Below are positions 9,515 to 17,320 of a stretch of 32,000 nt of DNA, in pieces. The position numbers were made by a program, and so were the translations under genes. The stretch is taken from contig NC_009925.1 in the NCBI RefSeq assembly GCF_000018105.1, positions 6,270,001-6,302,000 of the forward strand. The letters are read 5' to 3'. Below the pieces are notes generated by a model. That model saw only the letters and a list, made by a program, of their open reading frames with translations, had not been told where the DNA came from and did no database searches. The DNA comes from Acaryochloris marina MBIC11017. Lineage in GTDB: Bacteria; Cyanobacteriota; Cyanobacteriia; Thermosynechococcales; Thermosynechococcaceae. Each line of letters begins with the position of its first letter. Positions within the stretch are counted from its first letter, which is position 1.

Positions 9515-9522
9515 ATATTTTT
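9515..9522. repeat. Target-site duplication ATATTTTT (left copy) of the ISL3 element
   Basis: An identical 8-mer directly abuts both IS termini (9515-9522 and 10908-10915). An 8-bp TSD is the ISL3-family norm. Confidence 0.85.
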
Positions 9523-10907
9523 GGCTCTCCGGGAATTAGCGTGGTAGCCGCTAGATATAGTGTTTAGGTCACAGCGAATGTCTGATACCCATTGAGGTCA
9601 AGAGAAATCCTTTGGAAGAGTCTTTCAATATCGAAAATACCGTAGCATCGTCTTTTTAAGACTTTGACTCGGTTATTAAATCCTTCCACAAAACCACTGG
9701 TCCACCCCTCCAGGAAATAGTTGGTCATCTCGTCCATCCAATTATTGATAGTGGTCAGAAAACAATCGAATTCCTTGATGTCACTCTTGAGTACTTGTTT
9801 ACACCAAGCACGGATGGCACATTTAGCTCCGTGCTTGGTGTACCTGCCCTCAAATATCTGCGTGAGTTTCTCTCGGAGGTTGTACGCCTGTTTCAGTTGT
9901 GGAGAATAAGCAAACAATCGCTCAAGGAGTTGTTGCTCTGACTCTTTCAGATTCTCTGGTCGTTTTCTAAAAGGCCACATCGCGCCTTTGATGCTGTCAT
10001 ACTCTTGCTTAGAGAGCTCTCGTCGTAGACGTTTGACCTCACGTTTACGAACCGTATCAGCACAATTACGATAGGCTTTGGTCACATGAAAGCGGTCAAT
10101 GACAATTTTGGCTTGCGGCAATTGTTCTCGGACTGCACTGACAAATCCTTGGTACATGTCCGTACAGACGCGCTCAATGGTTTGGCGTAAATCAATGGGA
10201 ATCGATTGAAGGAAATTTGCCACTGTCTGCTGTTTACGGTCGGCTAGAACTGCCAATATATCCACCCCATCCGTCGTAGGAATCGTGATCAAAACCACAA
10301 AATCACGATGGCCTCGTTTGAGAGAAATCTCATCCATCCCCATAACTTTGAGGTCTGCATATTCGCTCCAGTCAACTTGAGCGGCAATCCAACGATCAAT
10401 GATTCCACTGACGATATCCTCACTAACGCCTAGTTTTCTGGCAACATCTGAGACCGTTGAATTGATCAAGATTCGCAGAAGCCAACGCTCATATGCTTTT
10501 GTATTGGGACTGCGAGGTTCGTGCCATTCTAAATGTTGAGTTGTTGTGGGATGGTCATCGCAATACTTGCATCGATAACGCTTGGGCCGAATTTCTAAGT
10601 AAACGGGGACTTCAAATAATGGCAGGTGACGAATCCGAAAAGGCTGATCATGACAATGGAGGTCAGTAATCTCACGTCCGCATTGATGACAGGTTGTTCC
10701 TTGAAGCGTACTCTCAATCTTGATGAGCCAATCCCCTCTCTCAGTCTTCGATAGCTCTAGAACTCGAATATCAGGAAGGTTGAGCGGGATGCGAATTGAG
10801 TTATCCATTACGCCATTGCTCTGAAGTACTACCTCAGATCATTCCATAGGGATGAAAAAGGAAACACACTAAATGTAGGACTGCTACACGCTAATTCCCA
10901 GAGAGCC
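9523..10907 (-). mobile_element. ISL3-family insertion sequence, 1385 bp, imperfect ~40-bp terminal IRs starting GGCTCTC
   Basis: The left end is GGCTCTCCGGGAATTAGCGTGGTAGC. The reverse complement of the right end is GGCTCTCTGGGAATTAGCGTGTAGC, so 20 of the first 21 nt are identical. There is a single transposase ORF, and the element is flanked by the 8-bp direct repeat ATATTTTT. Confidence 0.9.
9564..10808 (-). CDS. ISL3-family transposase
   Basis: The 414-aa protein has an N-terminal Zn-finger-like CHQCG...HCHD and a DDE region (GMDEISLKRGHRDFVV, CTDMYQGF). The C-terminal EGFNNRVKVLKRRCYG signature is typical of ISL3 transposases. Confidence 0.95.
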   Translation of the reverse strand: MDNSIRIPLNLPDIRVLELSKTERGDWLIKIESTLQGTTCHQCGREITDLHCHDQPFRIRHLPLFEVPVYLEIRPKRYRCKYCDDHPTTTQHLEWHEPRSPNTKAYERWLLRILINSTVSDVARKLGVSEDIVSGIIDRWIAAQVDWSEYADLKVMGMDEISLKRGHRDFVVLITIPTTDGVDILAVLADRKQQTVANFLQSIPIDLRQTIERVCTDMYQGFVSAVREQLPQAKIVIDRFHVTKAYRNCADTVRKREVKRLRRELSKQEYDSIKGAMWPFRKRPENLKESEQQLLERLFAYSPQLKQAYNLREKLTQIFEGRYTKHGAKCAIRAWCKQVLKSDIKEFDCFLTTINNWMDEMTNYFLEGWTSGFVEGFNNRVKVLKRRCYGIFDIERLFQRISLDLNGYQTFAVT

Positions 10908-10915
10908 ATATTTTT
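10908..10915. repeat. Target-site duplication ATATTTTT (right copy) of the ISL3 element
   Basis: See the left copy at 9515-9522. Confidence 0.85.
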
Positions 10916-11533
10916 CCTCATTTGGTTTTGGGGACTACAAGTCTCCTTCCAAACTGATCGGTTCATCTGGTTCTCTATGTTCTCATCCAAGCAATCCGGT
11001 GAAGCCATCGTTCAGGATCTCAGACAAGAAAAAAGATTAAATCTTACCTACTACACAATTTACCTGAAGGGTGTAGAAGACACCCCAAACTTCTCAATTC
11101 ACAATGCCTTTTCAGCCAAGCCTTATAAAGTCGAAACCATACATCAAAGACTGAAATCAGTGCCTATAGGGGATAAAGTATCCGTACAGTGGAAACAACC
11201 ACTATGGAGAAAGCCTTTTTACATATCAATTGAAGGTGATTCAAACATTTTAGAATCACTAGTAAGTTGCGATTGGATAATAGCATCCTGCTTTAGCTTG
11301 GCAATGATAGCCATAATAGGGTGTTTATTTACGAAGTGTTTTTGACCACTATTTGGCACTGATATATTAACAAGGCACATACTTAAATCCTGCCATTCCC
11401 CCTTCCAAGAACAGCTTGATGCTCTTTGGGAAGCATTGCTTGACTTTACGGAACCTGCTGATTTAGTGAGCTGGCTTTGGAGAGTCAGGTGGTAGCCATT
11501 GTTTCCTCAATAACTTCAAAACACCGTTTCAGC

Positions 11534-11556
11534 CCCCTTCTTCTGAGCTGAAGGGG
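11534..11556 (+). terminator. GC-rich hairpin CCCCTTC-N9-GAAGGGG followed by a weakly T-rich tail
   Basis: The 7-bp G/C-rich stem (11534-11540 / 11550-11556) lies ~190 nt downstream of the disrupted membrane-protein gene. The following sequence, CATTATTTCG, is only a weak U-tract. Confidence 0.35.
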
Positions 11557-11684
11557 CATTATTTCGACTATTTCTAGTCCAAATAACGGTCATTACTTGT
11601 AATTGAGCTTTCTCAATGGAGAATACAAAAGCCCATAATCTGTATCAGGCAATTATTTGAGCAGTTTTCAAACCAAGCTGCAAG

Positions 11685-11700
11685 ATAACAAATATGTTAT
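11685..11700. promoter_or_regulatory. Palindrome ATAACA-AATA-TGTTAT 10 bp upstream of the higB start; candidate antitoxin operator
   Basis: Read directly. Type II TA operons are normally autoregulated through palindromes that overlap the promoter. Confidence 0.35.
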
Positions 11701-11709
11701 GTTTGCTTT

Positions 11710-12042
11710 ATGGCCTGGAGTGTTCAATATTATTCCGAAACAGTTGAATCTGAGGTACTTGCTCTGCCTCCAGGTTTGTTAGCTAGATATTTGAGGCTCA
11801 CCGACCTCATGTTAGAGTTTGGTCCCAATCTGGGGATGCCTCACACCCAATCCATGGGCGATCGCCTATTTGAATTGAGGGTAAAGAGCAAGGAAGGGAT
11901 TGCGAGGGTGTTTTATTGCACCCTGATCGGCGAAAGGATAGTGATGCTGCACAGCTTTGTGAAGAAGACTCAAAAGACCCCCAATCGTGAACTCAAGATC
12001 GCGCGTCGTCGGTTAAAAGAGGTGATAGACAATGACTCATGA
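11710..12042 (+). CDS. higB: Type II toxin, HigB / Gp49 (DUF891) RelE-fold family
   Basis: The 110-aa protein carries Gp49-like motifs (LRLTDLMLEFGPNLGMPHTQSMGDRLFELRVKSKEGIARVFYC...IVMLHSFVKKTQKTP). The toxin-first order and the 11-nt overlap with the downstream HTH gene fit a HigBA module. Confidence 0.85.
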   Translation: MAWSVQYYSETVESEVLALPPGLLARYLRLTDLMLEFGPNLGMPHTQSMGDRLFELRVKSKEGIARVFYCTLIGERIVMLHSFVKKTQKTPNRELKIARRRLKEVIDNDS

Positions 12043-12322
12043 GGATCTCAAAGCAAAAGCCCTAAACAATCCAGAAGTGGCTGAAGAGTACGAAAAACTA
12101 GAGGAAGAGTTTAGTCTTTTAAGGCAAATGCTTGCTGCCCGCCAGAATGCAGGTCTAACTCAAGCTGACATTGCTGAAAAAATGGGGACAAAGGCAACAG
12201 CAGTGACCCGGCTGGAATCATCCCTCAGTAGTGGTAAGCATTCACCATCCCTATCCACTTTGCGAAAGTATGCCAAGGCAGTGGGTTGCCGTTTAGAAGT
12301 GAAGTTAGTGCCAGAACAGTAG
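12032..12322 (+). CDS. higA: Type II antitoxin, XRE-family HTH (HigA-like)
   Basis: The 96-aa protein has an HTH (GLTQADIAEKMGTKATAVTRLES). Its position and overlap fit a HigA antitoxin. Confidence 0.85.
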   Translation: MTHEDLKAKALNNPEVAEEYEKLEEEFSLLRQMLAARQNAGLTQADIAEKMGTKATAVTRLESSLSSGKHSPSLSTLRKYAKAVGCRLEVKLVPEQ

Positions 12323-12328
12323 CCCAAC

Positions 12329-12353
12329 ATAAGATATGGCCCCAATATCTTAT
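12329..12353. terminator. AT-rich hairpin ATAAGATAT-GGCCCCA-ATATCTTAT between convergent higA and the DUF3365 gene
   Basis: The 9-bp perfect stem lies between two converging stop codons (12322 and 12469). The stem is AT-rich and there is no clear U-tract, so support is weak. Confidence 0.25.
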
Positions 12354-12468
12354 ATTGCATTCCATTAGACCAAATAGACTAGAGTCATTTTTCTTCGTAT
12401 CGATGAAATACTATTCAGAGAGAAGAATTCAGATAAGTATATCTGTGGAATAAATCCCGAAACAGCTG

Positions 12469-13389
12469 TTAGGAATTCTCGGGAGTTTGTTTGAGCATGT
12501 TCATTGCCATTTCCATACTTACCTTCAAACGGTTCACTGAAGCGGCTAGAACTCCGATTTCATCTTTTGATTTATGTTCAAAGTTAGAAACTAATGCCCC
12601 TGTGCTCACTCCCCGAGACCACTTGGACATATTTGTGATGGGTGAAATAATTGAAAACTTTAGAAACAAGTTGAGAATGATGGCGGCAACCATGAAACCA
12701 GCTGCCAAAATACTGATGACTAATACTTGCAATCGCCGAGCTTCTGCAATGACACTGCTCGCGGGTACGGAGATAATCTGGGCACCGACAATTTCATCTA
12801 ACTTCCAACCAAAACCACCATCACGTCCATAAGTTCTAATTTGACTGGCAGGTGCTCTATTTGGGGTACTATGACAGACCAAACAGCTTTCACTCTTGAT
12901 TTGCAGCGGTCTCGCAATATAAAACAGGTCACCAGCAGCAATTTTCCGAAAACCGGATTGCTCCTGTAAATCTGGCTGCCTACGGAATTTCTCAACAATT
13001 TTAGTTTCAAACTTATCTGCTTTGTCTGAGAGGGAAGTTGGATTTAACGTCGCTTCTCGGTAGAAAAAGTCACTGTATTTCTTGCGCCTTTGCAAATTAC
13101 TAAAAACTTCATTAGCAGAATATGCAGGAATACTCGTCTTGATAAACTGCCCATCAATTTCTAGATTTGGAGAGAGCGCTTTAATCGTGTCTTTGCTGAC
13201 CTGCTTGTTCGTATATTCTCGAACAGCAGTCATTGTTTCAATCAGCACTAAAGCTTTATCTTTGACCTCTTGTTCGGCATTCCTCTGCAATACACTAGAT
13301 AATAGCAAGCCATTCATTAAAATAATCACTAGAAAAACTGAAAGCAAAATTAGGTTTAATTTGACACCCAGTTTTAGATTTCGAATCAT
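12469..13389 (-). CDS. Tll0287-like (DUF3365) c-type-heme sensor domain protein with TM anchors and a C-terminal HAMP domain; no output domain
   Basis: The order is N-terminal TM, an extracytoplasmic DUF3365-like region with the heme-binding CxxCH motif CLVCH (12871-12885), a second TM, and a HAMP segment (DEIGVLAASVNRLKVSM). The ORF then ends. I place the start at ATG 13389 (MIRNLKLGVKLNLILL). The tracked ORF extends to 13476. Confidence 0.8.
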   Translation of the reverse strand: MIRNLKLGVKLNLILLSVFLVIILMNGLLLSSVLQRNAEQEVKDKALVLIETMTAVREYTNKQVSKDTIKALSPNLEIDGQFIKTSIPAYSANEVFSNLQRRKKYSDFFYREATLNPTSLSDKADKFETKIVEKFRRQPDLQEQSGFRKIAAGDLFYIARPLQIKSESCLVCHSTPNRAPASQIRTYGRDGGFGWKLDEIVGAQIISVPASSVIAEARRLQVLVISILAAGFMVAAIILNLFLKFSIISPITNMSKWSRGVSTGALVSNFEHKSKDEIGVLAASVNRLKVSMEMAMNMLKQTPENS

Positions 13390-13922
13390 TTCAGCACCTT
13401 TTAGCAAATAGAAAACCAAATATTTTTTCTGAATTAAGTTGAATGAATTCAGGCATTGACTCATACCAATAGTCATTAAAAACTATGAAATCTATGTACC
13501 CATTTAAACTTCAAGTATGGCTAGCTTGGGTGATATGCTTGCGAAATGCTTTAAAAGAATGATACAGACTATCTTTGTGGATAACTCGTATCATTCTTCA
13601 AGAACATAAACTAAGAACTCGAAGTATTTCTGGCTTAATTCATCAAATATTTGAATATCTTTTCAAGCTTATAGACATATAAAATAGAGCTTAAAGTTTA
13701 TATGCTATTTCATTTAATAGATTTTTAGTTCTATCTATTTATCAACTTACATTCCAATCATTATGTAGCCAGAAATATATCTTTATTCTTGATATTGAAA
13801 GAATTTACAAAGTCAATCACTTAGTAAAACAAGGGAAATATCTTTACTAAGTTAATCTTTGTTTTAAAGGGCATACTAAATTCATGCCGTCAGCCAATAT
13901 CAATCCTGCATAAATAGCAAGA

Positions 13923-13958
13923 TTTTAAAAGCCCAAAGATCCAGAAGAACTCTGGGCT
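13923..13958 (-). terminator. Rho-independent-type hairpin after RTX copy 1 (AGCCCAGAG-N11-CTTTGGGCT + UUU)
   Basis: The 9-bp stem (13930-13938 / 13950-13958, one G-U pair) is followed on the minus strand by TTTAAAA. It lies 8 nt after the stop of the frameshifted C-terminal segment (13966). Confidence 0.55.
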
Positions 13959-13965
13959 CAGAAAC

Positions 13966-15289
13966 TTAACTAACGTAATCAACGTAGCTAGAGTTGAGAC
14001 TAAAAGTTGTGTTGTTGGCAATAAAGGCAACCTGATCACCCACCCACGAGTTGTGTTCAATGGCATTAATAAAGGTACCGGTTACACCATTGACGGAACC
14101 AAGAGATAAGTAATATCCGCTACTGTTGCCATACAACTGAACGGTATCTTGGATATTGCTGAAATCTTCAATGTAGGCATAGATTACCGTTGGAGGTACT
14201 GGGGTTATCGTAGAATCGACCGCTGCTATCCCCTAACACAAATAGATCAAATCCATTTCCTCCATCTAAGGTATCTATGGAACCTACAGACTCGCCCATA
14301 GTCGCAGCGCCCCAAAGCGTATCATCGCCGTCACCGCCATCGAGATCGTCGTTACCGTAACCGCCGACTAATTGATCATTGCCCCCATCGCCGCGAAGAA
14401 AGTCATTACCATTCCGCCCCCATAGCCGATCTTCACCATCGCCACCATAGAGGTAATCAACGTGATAGTCCCAACCGCCATCTAGGCGATCATTGCCCGC
14501 TTCACCATAGAGGACATCGCTTCCATCCCCTCCATAAAGGTAGTCATTTCCTGTGCCACTGTACAAGAGATCTCCTCCATCATCACCGTAGAGCCAGTCA
14601 TTACCTGAGTCACTGTAAAGCTGATCATTATGGTCTCCTCCCCGGAGCGTGTCATTACCAGAACCGGCAAAAAGAGTATCAGTATCCGCTTCACCGCTTA
14701 GGTAATCATTGCCCGCTTGGCCATACAGACGATCCACTCCGCTCCCACCATAAAGGGAATCATTGTCTATTCCACCAAAGAGGGAATCATGATCAGTGCC
14801 ACCGTAAATGCGGTCTTTGCCAGCCCCGCCGTAAAGCATGTCGTTTCCAGACCCACCACTCAGGTAGTCATCACTATCTGCACTAGATTCAACAGTGTGG
14901 TCGTGATAACCATATAAGCTGTCATTGCCAGAGCCACCATACAGGCTATCTCTGCCAGCACCACCATTGAGAACATCATTGCCGGCTTCTCCATATAGCG
15001 TGTCGTCACCGATTCCACCATCCAGTGAATCATTGCCTGGCCCAGCATAGAGTTTGTCATTTCCTTTCCACCCAAAGAGAGAATCGTTTCCTGATCCGCC
15101 AGAAAGGACATCGTTGCCTCCAAGGCCAAATAGGCGATCATTTCCGCTACCGCCATAAAGGGTGTCGTCATCATCCCCTCCAATGAGGGTGTCGTTCCCT
15201 CCATAGCCATACATGAGCCATGGCTCATGCCCACTAGTAGCTTTTCCAAAATCGTCTTTGGTCGGGTCACCGTAGTAGTAGCGCGTCAT
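13966..15289 (-). pseudogene. RTX / hemolysin-type Ca2+-binding repeat protein, copy 1, frameshifted near 14180 (open part 14168-15289)
   Basis: The ORF carries dozens of GGxGxDxL nonapeptide repeats. Relative to copy 2 (AATCTAGATTATGCC), copy 1 reads AATCTATGCC, a 5-nt deletion, and this gives a premature TGA at 14168. The homologous C-terminal ~67 codons continue in another frame to the TAA at 13966 ([41 protein letters not shown]...SSYVDYVS). Confidence 0.7.
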
Positions 15290-15458
15290 AGTGATTCTCC
15301 TTTGGCTGAAAGATATGTTTTCGTTTTTTTCGCAGTCACCACCATCCCAGGCAACACAGAGCGTTACGGGAAAGTCGTGATAGATGAATTCCGGTATCAG
15401 TGCTTATCTGCTGGGGGCTGACAGATGGACATGAAGGTTAAGTCCTTTCGGAATCTGT
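15290..15458 (-). promoter_or_regulatory. Conserved leader/promoter region of RTX copy 1 (paralogous to 16701-16870)
   Basis: The SD is AAGGAGA. A conserved block, CTGGGATGGTGGTGACTG (rc of 15333-15351), starts 44 nt upstream of the ATG in both copies. A second block, AGGACTTAACCTTCAT (rc of 15431-15446), lies ~140 nt upstream in both. Confidence 0.4.
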
Positions 15459-15563
15459 AAGCGCTTGTATCTCAATGATTGTCTTACCTTGACGTTGTTT
15501 CACCGATGACAACACAGTACTCGTTAGAGCCCAAAGCACTTGATCAACTCTGAGCTCTGGGAC

Positions 15564-16700
15564 TTAAACGACGTAATCGACGTAGCTTGAGTTTAGATCG
15601 AAGTTATTGGTGTTATTGGCAATAAAGGCGACCCGATCCCCTCCCCAAGAGCCAGGTTCAATCGCGTTAACAAAGGTGCCTGAAACACCATTAACTGAAC
15701 CGATAGACAGTGAATAGTCACTACTGCTTCCATTCAACTGAATGGTGTCTATTGTCCAGTTGAAATCTGCGATATAGGCATAATCTAGATTACCGTTGGA
15801 GGCACTGGGGTTATCGTAGAACCGACCCGTGCTATCCCCTAGCACAAACAGGTCATTCCCATTACCACCCGTTAAGGTATCGATGGAACCAATAGACTCG
15901 TTATTGGTGGCCGCACCCCAAAGCGTATCGTTGTCGTTACCCCCATTGAGGTTATCGTTGCCATAACCACCGATAAGCTGATCATGGCCATTATCACCTC
16001 TGAGATAGTCGTTGCCATACCGTCCCCACATGCGATCATTGCCTCTGCCACCATAGAGGTAATCGGCGTGATAGTCCCAACCACCATCTAAGATATCGTG
16101 ACCATCTTCGCCGTAAAGGAGATCTTCTCCATCACTGCCATAGAGGGAATCATTGCCAATGCCACCAAATAGGAAATCATTACCGGAAACACCGTAGAGG
16201 AAATCATTACCGGAACCACCGTAGAGTGAGTCTTCACCAAAGCCACCGCTGAGGGTATCGTTACCAGATTCGCCATACAAGAGATCGTCGCCCTTGTCGC
16301 CTCTTAATTCATCATTACCAGTACCACCGTACAGGGAATCATTATGATCGCCTCCATAAAGGGTGTCATTGCCATTACCCCCTTTTAGTAAGTCATTCCC
16401 TGCTCCACCACTTAGGTAGTCGTTACCACCCTGATGATAGGTGAGTCCTTGCGAGAAGCCATATAAGCTGTCATTGCCGGAGCCACCATAGAGAGTATCT
16501 TCATCAGCTCCACCCTCAAGGAGATCATTACCCGAACCACCATAGAGGGTATCTTCATCTCTGCCTCCTCTCAGAGTGTCATTGCCCCCGTAGCCATACA
16601 TTTTCCAAGATTCCCAGGTGTCAAACCACCAACTGCGCTTGGTTATTGTTGCTCTTTTGTAGTCGTCTTGATTTGGGTCGCCATAATAGTAACGAGTCAT
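15564..16700 (-). CDS. RTX / hemolysin-type Ca2+-binding repeat protein, copy 2 (intact)
   Basis: It has GGxGxD nonapeptide repeats throughout. The start is set at ATG 16700 (MTRYYYGDP, identical to the copy 1 N-terminus) with the SD AAAGGAGA. The 27-codon upstream extension in the ORF track is rejected. The C-terminal non-repeat domain is intact. Confidence 0.85.
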   Translation of the reverse strand: MTRYYYGDPNQDDYKRATITKRSWWFDTWESWKMYGYGGNDTLRGGRDEDTLYGGSGNDLLEGGADEDTLYGGSGNDSLYGFSQGLTYHQGGNDYLSGGAGNDLLKGGNGNDTLYGGDHNDSLYGGTGNDELRGDKGDDLLYGESGNDTLSGGFGEDSLYGGSGNDFLYGVSGNDFLFGGIGNDSLYGSDGEDLLYGEDGHDILDGGWDYHADYLYGGRGNDRMWGRYGNDYLRGDNGHDQLIGGYGNDNLNGGNDNDTLWGAATNNESIGSIDTLTGGNGNDLFVLGDSTGRFYDNPSASNGNLDYAYIADFNWTIDTIQLNGSSSDYSLSIGSVNGVSGTFVNAIEPGSWGGDRVAFIANNTNNFDLNSSYVDYVV

Positions 16701-16870
16701 AGTCAATCTCCTTTTGTTGAACGATAGGTTCAAAGTTTTTAGACAGCCACCACCATCCCAGCCCATACCGTGCAAGTGCATAGCTGGGATAGTTGCAGTT
16801 GAAAAGTTGTAATAGTCTTGGGGGAATCAACTAGGAATGCAGGTTACGTCCTCGGTAGGCCATAGACTGT
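16701..16870 (-). promoter_or_regulatory. Conserved leader/promoter region of RTX copy 2 (paralogous to 15290-15458)
   Basis: The same two conserved blocks occur at the same spacing from the ATG (16744-16762 and 16837-16852). Confidence 0.4.
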
Positions 16871-17320
16871 TCAGCGGACCTCCGCAGTGCTAGGGATGAT
16901 CCGGGTTCTGGAGTCAAGGGAAGAGAATGAACTGGATGTACCAACCTATATGAGCCACAATTTGGGATCACGCTGGTTGAACAGATATCACCTACTAAAA
17001 TCCAGCTCTAGTGCAAGTCTTACACTCTTATGTTCGAGGGAGTAATGATGGTTCTCCTGCAGTCTTGGTGCGTTTTCATTCCATAACTTCAATCTGCTTG
17101 AACCATCAAAATGACGCCACGTAAGATCACAACTTAAGCGCTCAACTTAAAGGCCAACTTAAACTAAATCTGCCAGAATTATTGAATTCACTGCGTTTCA
17201 GTTGTTGTGGGACCTTTAAGAAATAAGTTGAAATATCTTAACTTGGGCATGCAACATAACGACTAAGGTTATTTCCTTCATCAATGGACTGCAGACATGG
17301 TTGTGCTGGGAGTTTCAAGT

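Larger units (their letters stand above)
9461..11345 (+). pseudogene. Small two-TM membrane-protein gene split by the ISL3 insertion (exonic parts 9461-9522 and 10916-11345)
   Basis: Removing 9523-10915 (the IS plus one TSD copy) fuses ATG 9461 in frame to the tracked ORF 10977-11345. The junction reads ...LLIF|FLIWFWGLQVSFQTDRFIWFSMFSSK..., with no stops, and gives a 163-codon ORF. Confidence 0.6.

Noticed and set aside
11346-11495. Open frame ending ...FQEQLDALWEALLDFTEPADLVSWLWRVRW*
   Set aside because: It looks protein-like, but it has no start codon and begins right after the upstream stop. It is possibly a gene fragment and cannot be supported as a CDS.
13390-13476. 29-codon N-terminal extension of the DUF3365 ORF
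   Set aside because: The internal ATG at 13389 gives a typical short cytoplasmic N-terminus followed by a TM segment. The extension lies in the AT-rich promoter region.
13819-13852. 10-bp inverted repeat ACTTAGTAAA-N14-TTTACTAAGT in the AT-rich spacer
   Set aside because: The repeat is real, but the stem is AT-only and the loop is long. It lies ~110 nt beyond the better RTX terminator and 430 nt upstream of the next start. It is not convincing as a terminator or operator without further data.
14482-16276. Several 60-136-aa ORFs overlapping the RTX genes (14482-14694, 14717-14917, 14860-15270, 15872-16087, 16088-16276)
   Set aside because: These are off-frame or antisense readings of the periodic GGxGxD-coding repeats and produce M/T/V-rich low-complexity peptides. 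They are repeat artefacts.
16701-16830. N-terminal extension of RTX copy 2 (MHLHGMGWDGGGC...) and the overlapping 69-aa ORF
   Set aside because: Copy 1 and copy 2 share the MTRYYYGDP start, each preceded by a strong SD. The extension falls in the conserved non-coding leader.
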